Shown here: one piece after another, positions 10,137-18,421 of the stretch
Layout: each line of letters begins with the position of its first letter
Numbering within the stretch: position 1 is the first letter of the stretch
Assembly: GCA_963751275.1 (NCBI GenBank)
Contig: CAVVTZ010000002.1
Coordinates: forward strand, 1-64,000
DNA: 64,000 bases
Source of the DNA: an uncultured Gemmatimonadaceae bacterium
Lineage (GTDB): Bacteria > Gemmatimonadota > Gemmatimonadetes > Gemmatimonadales > Gemmatimonadaceae
Direction of reading: 5' to 3'
Translations under genes and position numbers: made by a program
The notes under the pieces: generated by a model
Databases searched by the model: none
The model's input: only the letters and a program-made list of their open reading frames with translations
Told to the model about the DNA's origin: nothing

Positions 10137-10594
10137 AGCGCCCCCAGGTCGCGCAGGCCGCGGCCAAAGTCAGCCACCGCTTGGCGGGCTTGCGAAGCCA
10201 CCAGGTCGAAACCCACCTCGTGGGCCAGGGCATTACGGAGCTTGTGGGCTTTCCAGACCGCGTCATAAATTTCGTAACTGGAGAAGCGCGGCCGGGCGGC
10301 TTTGAGGCGCTCGCCCATGGACGAGCGGGCCAGGCCGGTTTGCAGCAAATAATGGTCGAGTAACTTGTCGGCCTCTGACACGGCATTGCGCAGGTCGTTG
10401 CCGTTGCCTTGGGCCATGGCCTCGATGGTGGCCCAGCGGGCTGCTACCTGGCCGCGGTCCATGTGCCAGGTAGGTCCCTGGTTGTGGCGCGACGGGCGGC
10501 TATGGCGGCGTTTGCGGCGCGGGTCGCCAGCAACCACGGCCATCAGGATTATGGCGGCCACGAGGGCCACGGCGAGAAATACGGCCAGGGTCAA
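10133..10594 (-). CDS. membrane-anchored protein with a HEPN-like RxxxxH motif
   Basis: N-terminal TM helix; AVSEADKLLD...MGERLK...AHKLRNALAHE; overlaps both neighbours by 4 nt. Confidence 0.7.
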   Translation of the reverse strand: MTLAVFLAVALVAAIILMAVVAGDPRRKRRHSRPSRHNQGPTWHMDRGQVAARWATIEAMAQGNGNDLRNAVSEADKLLDHYLLQTGLARSSMGERLKAARPRFSSYEIYDAVWKAHKLRNALAHEVGFDLVASQARQAVADFGRGLRDLGAL

Positions 10595-12030
10595 CGAGCC
10601 CTCCAGTCCCCGATGATGCCCTCGGCGGCGCAGGCGGCGGCAAGCAGGCGCCGCTCCTGTCGTTGCGGGGCCATAAGTTGCAGCCCCACCGGCAGGCCGC
10701 GCACCTGCGCAAACGGGATGGAGACGGCCGGGATGCCCACCAGGTTTACCGCCACGGTCATGACGTCTTCGAGGTAGAGCGCTAGCGGGTCGCCGGTCTT
10801 TTCGCCGAGTTTAAAGGCGGGGCTGGGTGCAGTGGGGCCGAGCAGCAGGTCGTATGTTTTAAAGGCGTCGTTGAATTCGCCAACAAGCTTGGTGCGGACT
10901 TTTTGTGCGCGCTTGTAGTAGGCGTCGTAATAGCCCGAGGACAGCACATAGGTGCCGATAATAATACGGCGCTTGGCTTCGGCGCCGAAACCTTCCTCGC
11001 GGGATTTGAAGTACGTTTCCTCCAGGTTGGTGGCTTTGGCCGAAGCTGTGGCCGTAGCGTACGCCGTCGTAGCGGGCCAGGTTCGAAGACACCTCGGCCG
11101 GCACGAGGACGTAATAGGCGGCCAGAGCCTTTTCGGTGGCGGGGACGCTCACCTCTTCGACGATGGCTCCGTGCTTGGCCAGCTCCTTGGCAGTCGTGAG
11201 CAACTTGGTTTTGACTTCCGGGTCCAGGCCCTGGCCCAGGTATTCCTTGATGAGCCCGATTTTGAGGCCTTTGATGTGGCTGTGGAAAATAGCGTAGCCC
11301 TCTGGGTCGCTTGGGATGGTGGTGGAATCTGACGGGTCGGGGCCGGCAATACGCGTCTAGCACCAGGCCGGCATCGGCCACCGAATTGGTGAGCGGCCCC
11401 ATAACGTCGGTGGAACTGGCCATGGCCACTACCCCGGTGCGGGGAGACAAGCCGTAGGTGGGCTTGAGCCCGACCACGCCGCAGAGTGAGGCCGGCTGCC
11501 GGATGGAGCCTCCGGTATCGGAGCCGATAGCAAAAGCCACCTGCCCCAGCGCCACGGCCGCCGCGCTGCCGCCGGAGCTACCCCCCGGGCACACGAGCGG
11601 GGTCGTGCGGGTTTTTGGTGGGTCCGAAGTCGGAATTCTCGGTGGAGGTGCCGTGCGCGAAGGCGTCTAAATTGGTCTTGGCGACCAGTACGGCGCCGGC
11701 TGCTTTCAAGCGCTGGATCACCGGGCCCTCGTAAGGTGCTTGGAAGGGCTCCAGGATGTGTGACGCGGCGGTGGTGTGGGTGCCGAACGTAAGGTAATTG
11801 TCCTTGGCGGCAAACGGCAGTCCGGCCAGGGGCAGCTTTTCACCGGCTTTGACACGTTCGTCCACTGACCTGGCTTCCTCGAGCGCCTGCGGATTCACCT
11901 CCAGCATAGTGTGGTAGTCCTCGGTTTCCTTGATGCGCGCCAGGCTAGACTGGACCAGTTCGACGGCTGACAGTTTGCCTGCCTGCACCTCGGCAGCGAG
12001 TTCTCGCAAAGGTCGTTTGAGTTCAACCAT
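10591..12030 (-). CDS. gatA: amidotransferase subunit A (frameshifted)
   Basis: [56 protein letters not shown] and [13 protein letters not shown] spread over four ORF pieces. Confidence 0.95.
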
Positions 12031-12316
12031 TGAGCACCCGCTTCACTACGATGTAACCGTCTTTTTGGGCCGGGGCGCCGGCCAAGAGTTGCTCACGGGG
12101 CGGGCCGGGCTTCACCTCGTCCTCACGCCACACGTCCTCGAAACCGGTGACCTGGTCGGTGGGCGGGGTATCAGAGATATCCACTTGCTGTAACTGCTCG
12201 ACAAAGGTGAGGATGTTGCCCAATTCTTCGGACATTTTGGCCGTCTCTTCGTCGCTTAAACCGATGCGCGCCAGTTTGGCGATGCGCTTAACTTCGTCCA
12301 CGCTAATCTTTGACAT
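12023..12316 (-). CDS. gatC: amidotransferase subunit C
   Basis: ISVDEVKRIAKLARI...REDEV...GYIVVKRVL; directly upstream of gatA. Confidence 0.95.
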   Translation of the reverse strand: MSKISVDEVKRIAKLARIGLSDEETAKMSEELGNILTFVEQLQQVDISDTPPTDQVTGFEDVWREDEVKPGPPREQLLAGAPAQKDGYIVVKRVLNG

Positions 12317-12372
12317 GGGCTTAGTATAGGGGGAATTGAGGCTAAATCCAAGCTGGCCGGGATGGCGCTGGC

Positions 12373-12759
12373 CTACGAGCTAATGACGGTTAGCTTGAGC
12401 TGGCGCTCGCGGGGGCCGTCTAATTCGATCAGGACCAAATATTGCCACACACCATGAACGAGCTTGCCTGCCTGCACCGGCAACGCCACCGAGGGGCCGA
12501 TAATCGAGGCCAATAGGTGGTCGGGGGCATGCCGCGGGTTATGGGGGTGCCGCCACGGGCGGTCGGGAACCATGAGGTCGAGTGCGTCCAACAAGTCCAG
12601 GTCTGTGCCGGGGTCTAGGTTGGCAGTTGTAACAGCGCAGCCGCTGTGCAGTACCGTTAGTACTGCCAGCCCGGTCGTGCGGTCGGGTAGCAAGCTTTGT
12701 ACCTGATCGGTGAGATCAATAACTTGGCGTTTGCGTTGGGTTTTGACTCTGAGGTCCAA
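12373..12759 (-). CDS. yjbQ: YjbQ/UPF0047 family protein
   Basis: IDLTDQV, HAPDHLLASIIGPS, GVWQYLVLIELDGPRER. Confidence 0.85.
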   Translation of the reverse strand: MDLRVKTQRKRQVIDLTDQVQSLLPDRTTGLAVLTVLHSGCAVTTANLDPGTDLDLLDALDLMVPDRPWRHPHNPRHAPDHLLASIIGPSVALPVQAGKLVHGVWQYLVLIELDGPRERQLKLTVISS

Positions 12760-12762
12760 GCA

Positions 12763-13158
12763 TTACTCCGTGCATACCATTGGGCACATTATACCCAACG
12801 GGTGCGGTCCGGAGCCAGTACCGCAACCGCCGCAACGCGGAGTGGGCAACGGGCTGAGCGTTGGGGCGGGAGACGGTGCCGGCAACACAGTCGGTGAGGG
12901 CGTGGGCAGCGGTTTAAGCGTGGGAATGGGCTGGACGGTGCCAAACGCGTGAATTTGACCGGCTACGGGGCTGGGTGACGGCGAAACGGACGGCACTGCC
13001 ACCGGCCCCACCGAAGAAACCGGCTCCGGGCCGGCAGTGATTCTGGCCGTGACTTTAGCGTCGGAAAGGTGGCGCGGATTGGACGCGACGCCGGCGGCTG
13101 CGGCCACGCAACCGGACAGCACAACTGCCCCGAGTAGACCGGCAGTGATTTTCTTCAT
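12763..13158 (-). CDS. Pro-rich secreted or lipoprotein-like hypothetical with a Cys-rich C-terminus
   Basis: MKKITAGLLGAVVLSGC signal; PSPT-rich linker; CGGC...CPMVC. Confidence 0.6.
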   Translation of the reverse strand: MKKITAGLLGAVVLSGCVAAAAGVASNPRHLSDAKVTARITAGPEPVSSVGPVAVPSVSPSPSPVAGQIHAFGTVQPIPTLKPLPTPSPTVLPAPSPAPTLSPLPTPRCGGCGTGSGPHPLGIMCPMVCTE

Positions 13159-13226
13159 TTTCTATCCCCCTGGTAGTATTGGCTCTAGCATAGCTCCCGG
13201 TTTGGACTCTTGCCAAGCCACTTTTA

Positions 13227-13628
13227 TTAATGGGCGAGAATGGCGCCGGCCAACACAATGCCTACCAGATGGTAACCCTGGTCGATCAAGAGCAGTTTCT
13301 TGGATGCGCCTTGAAATGCGTTATTGATGAGCGCCGTCGTGACGGCAAATCCGAGCCACAGTTTGGCACCCAGGTAGGCTCCGCGCAGCCACGTGGAGGT
13401 ACCCGTGGCCTGCACGAAATAGGCCTCGATCACTACCAAAATGACAATGGCCGCCAGCGTCACCGTCATGGCGGTCTGCGGCGATTCCAGTTCTGACGGT
13501 TTTTTGCCCAGTTCGTGCAGCCACTGTTTGGCCCACAAGGTTTTTGAATACCACAGCGCGCCCACTCCGAAGTAGGCCGCTACTGCCAAAAATATCCACC
13601 AAACCGATATCCCGAATACCATGTGCAT
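13227..13628 (-). CDS. DUF1761 family membrane protein
   Basis: GALWYS..WAKQW, four TM helices, LLIDQGYHLVG. Confidence 0.8.
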   Translation of the reverse strand: MHMVFGISVWWIFLAVAAYFGVGALWYSKTLWAKQWLHELGKKPSELESPQTAMTVTLAAIVILVVIEAYFVQATGTSTWLRGAYLGAKLWLGFAVTTALINNAFQGASKKLLLIDQGYHLVGIVLAGAILAH

Positions 13629-13656
13629 GTACCCTCTTACTGGGTAAACAATAGCA

Positions 13657-14214
13657 TTATCCTTTCACAGCTTCGAGTTGTTCGCGGCCGGTTTTAAGGG
13701 TGCGCGTCCACCACGCCAGCTCTGTCAGTGTCCGGGTCAGGCTGCGGTCGTTTTCTTCTAGCTCGCCACCGGGTTTAAGGATAGTGACCGCTTCGGGTAC
13801 AATCGCGGCTTTGGCCTCCACCAACACGAGTTTTAACTGCTCGGCGGCCCGGGCGCCTCCGACCGTACCGTACGACACGATGGCCGCCGGCTTTTTGGCC
13901 AGCTGGAAGTCTGTGTAATCAATGGCGTTCTTGAGTGGCCCGGGTATGGAATGATTGTATTCCGGGGTCACAAAGACGTACCCGTCGGCGCGAGAGATGG
14001 TGTCCAGCCAACGCCGGGCTTCGGGATTAGGCCGGCGGTTCTGGTTGAACCTGGGACTTATGGATTCGGCAAATGGCGGCAACTGAAACCCGGCCAAATC
14101 CACCAGCTCAACTTCAAAATCCGGGTCCAAGCGAGCCTGCTTTTCAACCCAGGCGGCTACCCTTTCACCTACCCGGTTTTCCCGTACGCTCCCCAGGATG
14201 ATTTGTATTTTCAC
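13657..14214 (-). CDS. NADPH-dependent FMN reductase
   Basis: IILGSVRENRVG, ADGYVFVTPEYNHSIPGPLKNAID, SYGTVGGARA. Confidence 0.9.
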   Translation of the reverse strand: MKIQIILGSVRENRVGERVAAWVEKQARLDPDFEVELVDLAGFQLPPFAESISPRFNQNRRPNPEARRWLDTISRADGYVFVTPEYNHSIPGPLKNAIDYTDFQLAKKPAAIVSYGTVGGARAAEQLKLVLVEAKAAIVPEAVTILKPGGELEENDRSLTRTLTELAWWTRTLKTGREQLEAVKG

Positions 14215-14235
14215 TGATTGTTTCCCTCATTTAAT

Positions 14236-14276
14236 TACTTTACTTAGTATAGTCATTCACTATAGAAAGTAAAGTA
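14236..14276. promoter_or_regulatory. palindromic operator between the divergent FMN reductase and HxlR genes
   Basis: TACTTTACTT 14236-14245 / AAGTAAAGTA 14267-14276, with inner TATAGT / ACTATA; adjacent TATAAT at 14280-14285. Confidence 0.6.
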
Positions 14277-14291
14277 TTGTATAATATCGCC

Positions 14292-14630
14292 ATGTATTTG
14301 AGCGAGCAGCAACGTACTGAGGAGAAATTGTGCGGGATCACCAAGGCGCTTGAGGTAATTGGCGGCAAATGGACCGTGCTGATCGTGCGCGACCTTCTGG
14401 AAGGACCGCGCCGCTTTAGCGAACTCGAGCACTCACTGGTCGGCATATCTCCGCGCACGCTGGCGTTGAGGCTAAAAGAACTCGAACATGACGGGGTGCT
14501 CACGCGCAACTGCGACGGCGGCGACGCCCACCCGATTTACCTGCTGACTGATAAAGGCCGGTCGCTTCAGCGCATTCTGGACCAGATGCGGACCTGGGGC
14601 GAGTCCGAGGGGCAAGGAGTGCGGGCCTAG
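14292..14630 (+). CDS. HxlR family winged-helix transcriptional regulator
   Basis: CGITKALEVIGGKWTVLIVRDLLEGPRRFSEL..ISPRTLALRLKELE. Confidence 0.9.
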   Translation: MYLSEQQRTEEKLCGITKALEVIGGKWTVLIVRDLLEGPRRFSELEHSLVGISPRTLALRLKELEHDGVLTRNCDGGDAHPIYLLTDKGRSLQRILDQMRTWGESEGQGVRA

Positions 14631-15131
14631 GTGGCAGCTGACCTGCCGGCTCGAATTTCGCGGGCCAAAGAGCTCCTAAGAGACGTGCGGCATGCCGCCA
14701 TGGCCACGGTAAACGAGGACGGGAGCCCACATAATACCCCTTACTTTTTTGTTTACGACCATGGTCTGGAGCACTTGTATTGGGCATCGACCGAGGACGC
14801 GGTGCATTCCCGGAATATTTTGCGTACAGGAAAGCTGTTTGTCGTGCTGTTTGATGCGGCCGGCAAAGGCGGTGGGCTCTATATTGAAGCTGCAAACGGC
14901 CATGTGCTCACGGGAACCGAGCTTGACCAAGGCATGCCCTATCTAAACCGGGCGATTGCGCGAGTAGGTCTCAAACCGCTGACAGCGGCTTTTTACCAGG
15001 ATAACAAGCCCAAGCTGTGGACCGCGCGGACTGTCCGTTTTTGGGTTAACGGGGCCGATGTCGATAAGGACGGCTACGTGCTCAGAGACTACCGGGTCGA
15101 GATCCACCGCCGGGACTTGTTTGAGGGTTAA
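14631..15131 (+). CDS. pyridoxamine 5'-phosphate oxidase-like protein
   Basis: AMATVNEDGSPHNTPYFF..SRNI..GLYIEA. Confidence 0.8.
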   Translation: MAADLPARISRAKELLRDVRHAAMATVNEDGSPHNTPYFFVYDHGLEHLYWASTEDAVHSRNILRTGKLFVVLFDAAGKGGGLYIEAANGHVLTGTELDQGMPYLNRAIARVGLKPLTAAFYQDNKPKLWTARTVRFWVNGADVDKDGYVLRDYRVEIHRRDLFEG

Positions 15132-15204
15132 GGTGTCTAAAGTTGAGACATTTTCGCCTTTTTTGGCTTGGCCACGGGATGGCAGTCTCACGTTAAGACA
15201 CCTT
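15130..15204. repeat. 20-bp imperfect inverted repeat between convergent genes
   Basis: AAGGTGTCTAAAGTTGAGAC 15130-15149 / GTCTCACGTTAAGACACCTT 15185-15204 (17/20 complementary). Confidence 0.6.
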
Positions 15205-15258
15205 GGCATGCGGGTGAAGCCCTAGGCGAAGAGACTGGAGCGGCCAGGACCAGACCAC

Positions 15259-15858
15259 TTACAGGGAAATCTGCTGTAGCGGCGGGTTGCCGAGCGCCTC
15301 GTCGATGCCGGGGAACTGCAGCTTAAACAGCTGGTTGACCTGGCCCGAATCGCCGCCGAAATTGGCGTTGGAATCGCCGCAGGTGCTGGTCCACAGCGAG
15401 GACAGCGTGGTGCCGTCGGAATTGACGGCCTCGTAAATGTAGCGCGTGCCCTGGGGGCAGGAGCTGTCGGGAGAGGAACTGGTCTGGCCTTTAACCGCCT
15501 TGGTAAAGCCGGCGTTCAATTCGGCGTCGAGGAAGGCGTTAAAGGCGTCGGAATTGTTGGCAAGCGTTTGCGAATTCAGGACCTGGTTGGTGTAGGTACT
15601 ATAGGTCGTGAAGGTGCGCTGGCCGGGGTTGGCAACGAGTTTGAGCGACACGTACTGCTCGTTGGCGACAATGGGCCCCTCGGCAGTGAGACGGATCTCG
15701 GCGATCTGGGATTTGGCGATGGGCGTGGGCGTGGGCGCAGGAGTGAGCCCCGGGAGCAGTGAGCGCCGGCTCAACTGGGCCACGAAAAACACCGTCGCCC
15801 CCACTACGACGATGACGACAACGACTATTACCATCAGATTGCGAACTGTCTGGTTCAT
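15259..15858 (-). CDS. membrane-anchored extracytoplasmic hypothetical protein
   Basis: MNQTVRNLMVIVVVVIVVVGATVFF TM anchor, PTPT linker, CPQG..WTSTC cysteine pair. Confidence 0.7.
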   Translation of the reverse strand: MNQTVRNLMVIVVVVIVVVGATVFFVAQLSRRSLLPGLTPAPTPTPIAKSQIAEIRLTAEGPIVANEQYVSLKLVANPGQRTFTTYSTYTNQVLNSQTLANNSDAFNAFLDAELNAGFTKAVKGQTSSSPDSSCPQGTRYIYEAVNSDGTTLSSLWTSTCGDSNANFGGDSGQVNQLFKLQFPGIDEALGNPPLQQISL

Positions 15859-16002
15859 CGGACAAGTATAGCGCAAAGTTGAGGCAGCCATGGCAAACCG
15901 GCTTACGGCAGGGACATTTTGGCTGGCTTTTTTGTGATTTGCCCTGATGGAAGCCGCCGGACAGGGCCCTAAAATCGCTGTAAGTAGCGGAAAGGCCCGG
16001 CC

Positions 16003-17616
16003 ATGACTCCAAAAATGAAGAAGATTATTATTCTGCTGGCTTCGGTGCAGTTCATTTTTACGCTCGACACCACATTCATGAACGTGTCAATCTCGACGCT
16101 GGTGACGGATCTGCATACCACCGTGACGGCGATCCAGGCTTGCATCACTTTTTACACATTGGTGATGGCGGCTTTTATGATCGCGGGGGCAAAGATCGGC
16201 GACATTATCGGACGCAAGCGGGCGTTTGTGATCGGGCTCAGCGTGTATGCAGTGGGGTCGCTCATTACCAGTCTCAGCCCCAATGTTTATTGGCTGGCAT
16301 TTGGTTGGTCGCTGCTGGAGGGGCTGGGGGCGGCACTGGCGATCCCGGCCATGTTTTCGCTGATAACGGGTAATTTTGACGAAGGACCGGCCCGCAACCG
16401 CGCGTATGCGGCGGTGGCAGCGATGGCAGCGATCGGTGCGGCCACGGGGCCCATCGTGGGCGGACTGCTCACCACTTATGCGTCCTGGCGGCTGGGATTT
16501 CTCGGCGAAGTGGTGGTGGCAGGCCTAGTGTTGCTGCAGCGCGGCAAAATCAAGGATGCGATGCTGGAGGGTGCCAAGCCGAAGTTTGATTTTATCGGAT
16601 TTCTGCTGTCGGCGGCTGGGCTAACGATCGTGGTGACGGGGATTCTACTGGCTAATTCGTACGGCATCGTGATCGCTCGTGCGAATTACTACCTGTTTGG
16701 CATCGAGATTGCCCACACGGGCGGAATTTCTCCCACGATCGAGTTTGTGATTGCCGGTTTGATCGTTTTGGCCGGCTTTGTCTGGTGGCAGGCTCGGCAG
16801 GTGGGACGGGGCCGCCCGAGCTTGTTGCACCCAGTATTGTTTAAGAATCGTACCGTTCGGTCCGGCGCGTCGAGCATATTAATGCAACAGTTTTTAATGG
16901 CCGGCGTGATATTTACGCTGGCACTGATTTTGCAGATGTCACTGGGATACAATGCGTTTGAAACCGGCCTCACGATATTGCCACTGTCGGTGGCGGTGCT
17001 GGCGTCGGCCCGGCTGGCTACGAAACTAGCGGGCACATACGCTCCCCGTACGTTAGCGATGGCCGGGTTTGCGATTCTCTTGGTGGGATTGGCCTTCCTC
17101 GGCTTCCGGGCCGACAAGGTGTCAAGCGGGCTCGATTTCTTGTTGCCTCTATTAATTATGGGTACCGGCCTGGGCCTGGTTGCTTCACAGCTTACCAATC
17201 TGGTGCAGTCGTCAGTGAAATCAGATTTGACCAACGAGGCCTCCGGTCTGAGCTCGACGTTCCAGAACCTGGGCAGCTCGCTGGGCACGGCGCTGGCCGG
17301 CTCAATCGCCATCGCGGTGCTTATTTCGGCTACCCAATCATTGATCTCCAGCAACTCCACGCTAAACTCGCAGCAAAAGCAGGAATACTCTCAGGCCGTA
17401 TCGAGCAACGCGGCTATTATGTCCAACCAGCAGATTGAGTCCAAACTGACGGGGCAGTCGCAGAGCGTCACTAACGCGGTGGTATCGATTAACGCCCAGG
17501 CTCGCCAGCAAGCGCTGAGCACGGCCCTGATTGCTTTGGCGGTGATTGGGCTGCTCGGGCTACTGACATCATGGCGGCTGCCCAAACCGTCACCCGCCTC
17601 AGCTAAGGCGGTGTAA
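16003..17616 (+). CDS. MFS transporter (DHA2/EmrB-like)
   Basis: LDTTFMNVSI, GAKIGDIIGRKR motif A, GPIVGGLLT; about 14 TM segments. Confidence 0.9.
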   Translation: MTPKMKKIIILLASVQFIFTLDTTFMNVSISTLVTDLHTTVTAIQACITFYTLVMAAFMIAGAKIGDIIGRKRAFVIGLSVYAVGSLITSLSPNVYWLAFGWSLLEGLGAALAIPAMFSLITGNFDEGPARNRAYAAVAAMAAIGAATGPIVGGLLTTYASWRLGFLGEVVVAGLVLLQRGKIKDAMLEGAKPKFDFIGFLLSAAGLTIVVTGILLANSYGIVIARANYYLFGIEIAHTGGISPTIEFVIAGLIVLAGFVWWQARQVGRGRPSLLHPVLFKNRTVRSGASSILMQQFLMAGVIFTLALILQMSLGYNAFETGLTILPLSVAVLASARLATKLAGTYAPRTLAMAGFAILLVGLAFLGFRADKVSSGLDFLLPLLIMGTGLGLVASQLTNLVQSSVKSDLTNEASGLSSTFQNLGSSLGTALAGSIAIAVLISATQSLISSNSTLNSQQKQEYSQAVSSNAAIMSNQQIESKLTGQSQSVTNAVVSINAQARQQALSTALIALAVIGLLGLLTSWRLPKPSPASAKAV

Positions 17617-17627
17617 ATAATTTCACA
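17612..17627. promoter_or_regulatory. CRP/FNR-type box
   Basis: TGTAA-ATAATT-TCACA, 9/10 match to TGTGA-N6-TCACA, upstream of the 17681 operon. Confidence 0.55.
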
Positions 17628-17680
17628 GCGCAGACCTTGTGCCAGGCTCACAATGCGGTCATGACACTTAGGAGGGAGCC

Positions 17681-17869
17681 ATGGGATTTTACGGACCAAT
17701 GGGACCGGCGGGGTTTCGTCGCCGGGGGAGAAAGCCCGGGATGGCGGCCGGCATGGTGGCAGGTGCTTCGATTGCCAGTCGGCGTCAGCGCCGTGCAGCT
17801 CAAGCCAGCCGCTGGGACGGCCGGCGGTGGCAGGGCGACCCGGAGTATCTAGATCGGGAGGAGCCATGA
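17681..17869 (+). CDS. small Arg/Gly-rich protein, 62 aa
   Basis: AGGAGGGAG RBS; ATGA overlap with the next gene. Confidence 0.6.
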   Translation: MGFYGPMGPAGFRRRGRKPGMAAGMVAGASIASRRQRRAAQASRWDGRRWQGDPEYLDREEP

Positions 17870-18384
17870 CAGCTGCTACTAAATTGGCGCCGTGCCAGCT
17901 GATTTCCATTGCCTTCGATAACCTGCTGTTCGACGGCCGCCTTTGGGGCCCTCTGCGTGATCTCGAGAGCAGCGGAATTATTCGAGTCGTTGACGCTGCC
18001 CTGCTGGCGCGCACGATTGATGACGATATTGTGGCCATTAAATACAATAACCTGCCGCCAGGTCATCCGCCCGCTTACGGCGCCATTGTACGCCGGTTGC
18101 TGGGAGTAGAGTCACTGGTGACGGCGCCGGCGCCGAATGAAGCGGAGCTAGGTGACGCAATGCTGGTGGACAGCGAGTATGAATACGGGATGACGCACGA
18201 AGAATTGCAAACAGTAATGGAGGACATCCCTCGCCGCGGAGGCATGGCGGCCATTCTGGTGGAGCACCGGTGGGCGTTACCCCTCAAAGAAGCGGTGCGC
18301 GACTCAGGGGGTTACTTGTTGGCGCAGGATTTTCTTAGCCCCGAGGCGCTAGTGGGCGTGTCTGACCAGTTGCTACGGAGCTAG
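17866..18384 (+). CDS. DUF6325/DUF1269-like protein
   Basis: GGAGGAG RBS; LRDLESSGIIRVVDA and AILVEHRWALPLKEAVRDSGG. Confidence 0.75.
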   Translation: MTAATKLAPCQLISIAFDNLLFDGRLWGPLRDLESSGIIRVVDAALLARTIDDDIVAIKYNNLPPGHPPAYGAIVRRLLGVESLVTAPAPNEAELGDAMLVDSEYEYGMTHEELQTVMEDIPRRGGMAAILVEHRWALPLKEAVRDSGGYLLAQDFLSPEALVGVSDQLLRS

Positions 18385-18421
18385 CTTATTCGGCGCGGCC
18401 TTTATCTTTACTTCTTTATTT

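Noticed and set aside
15885..16002. c-di-GMP-I riboswitch or hammerhead upstream of the MFS gene
   Set aside because: GGCAAACC..GGGAC and CTGATG..GAAA fragments are present, but the GNRA loop, GCAAAGC junction and CTGATGA core are missing. An Rfam search would be needed.
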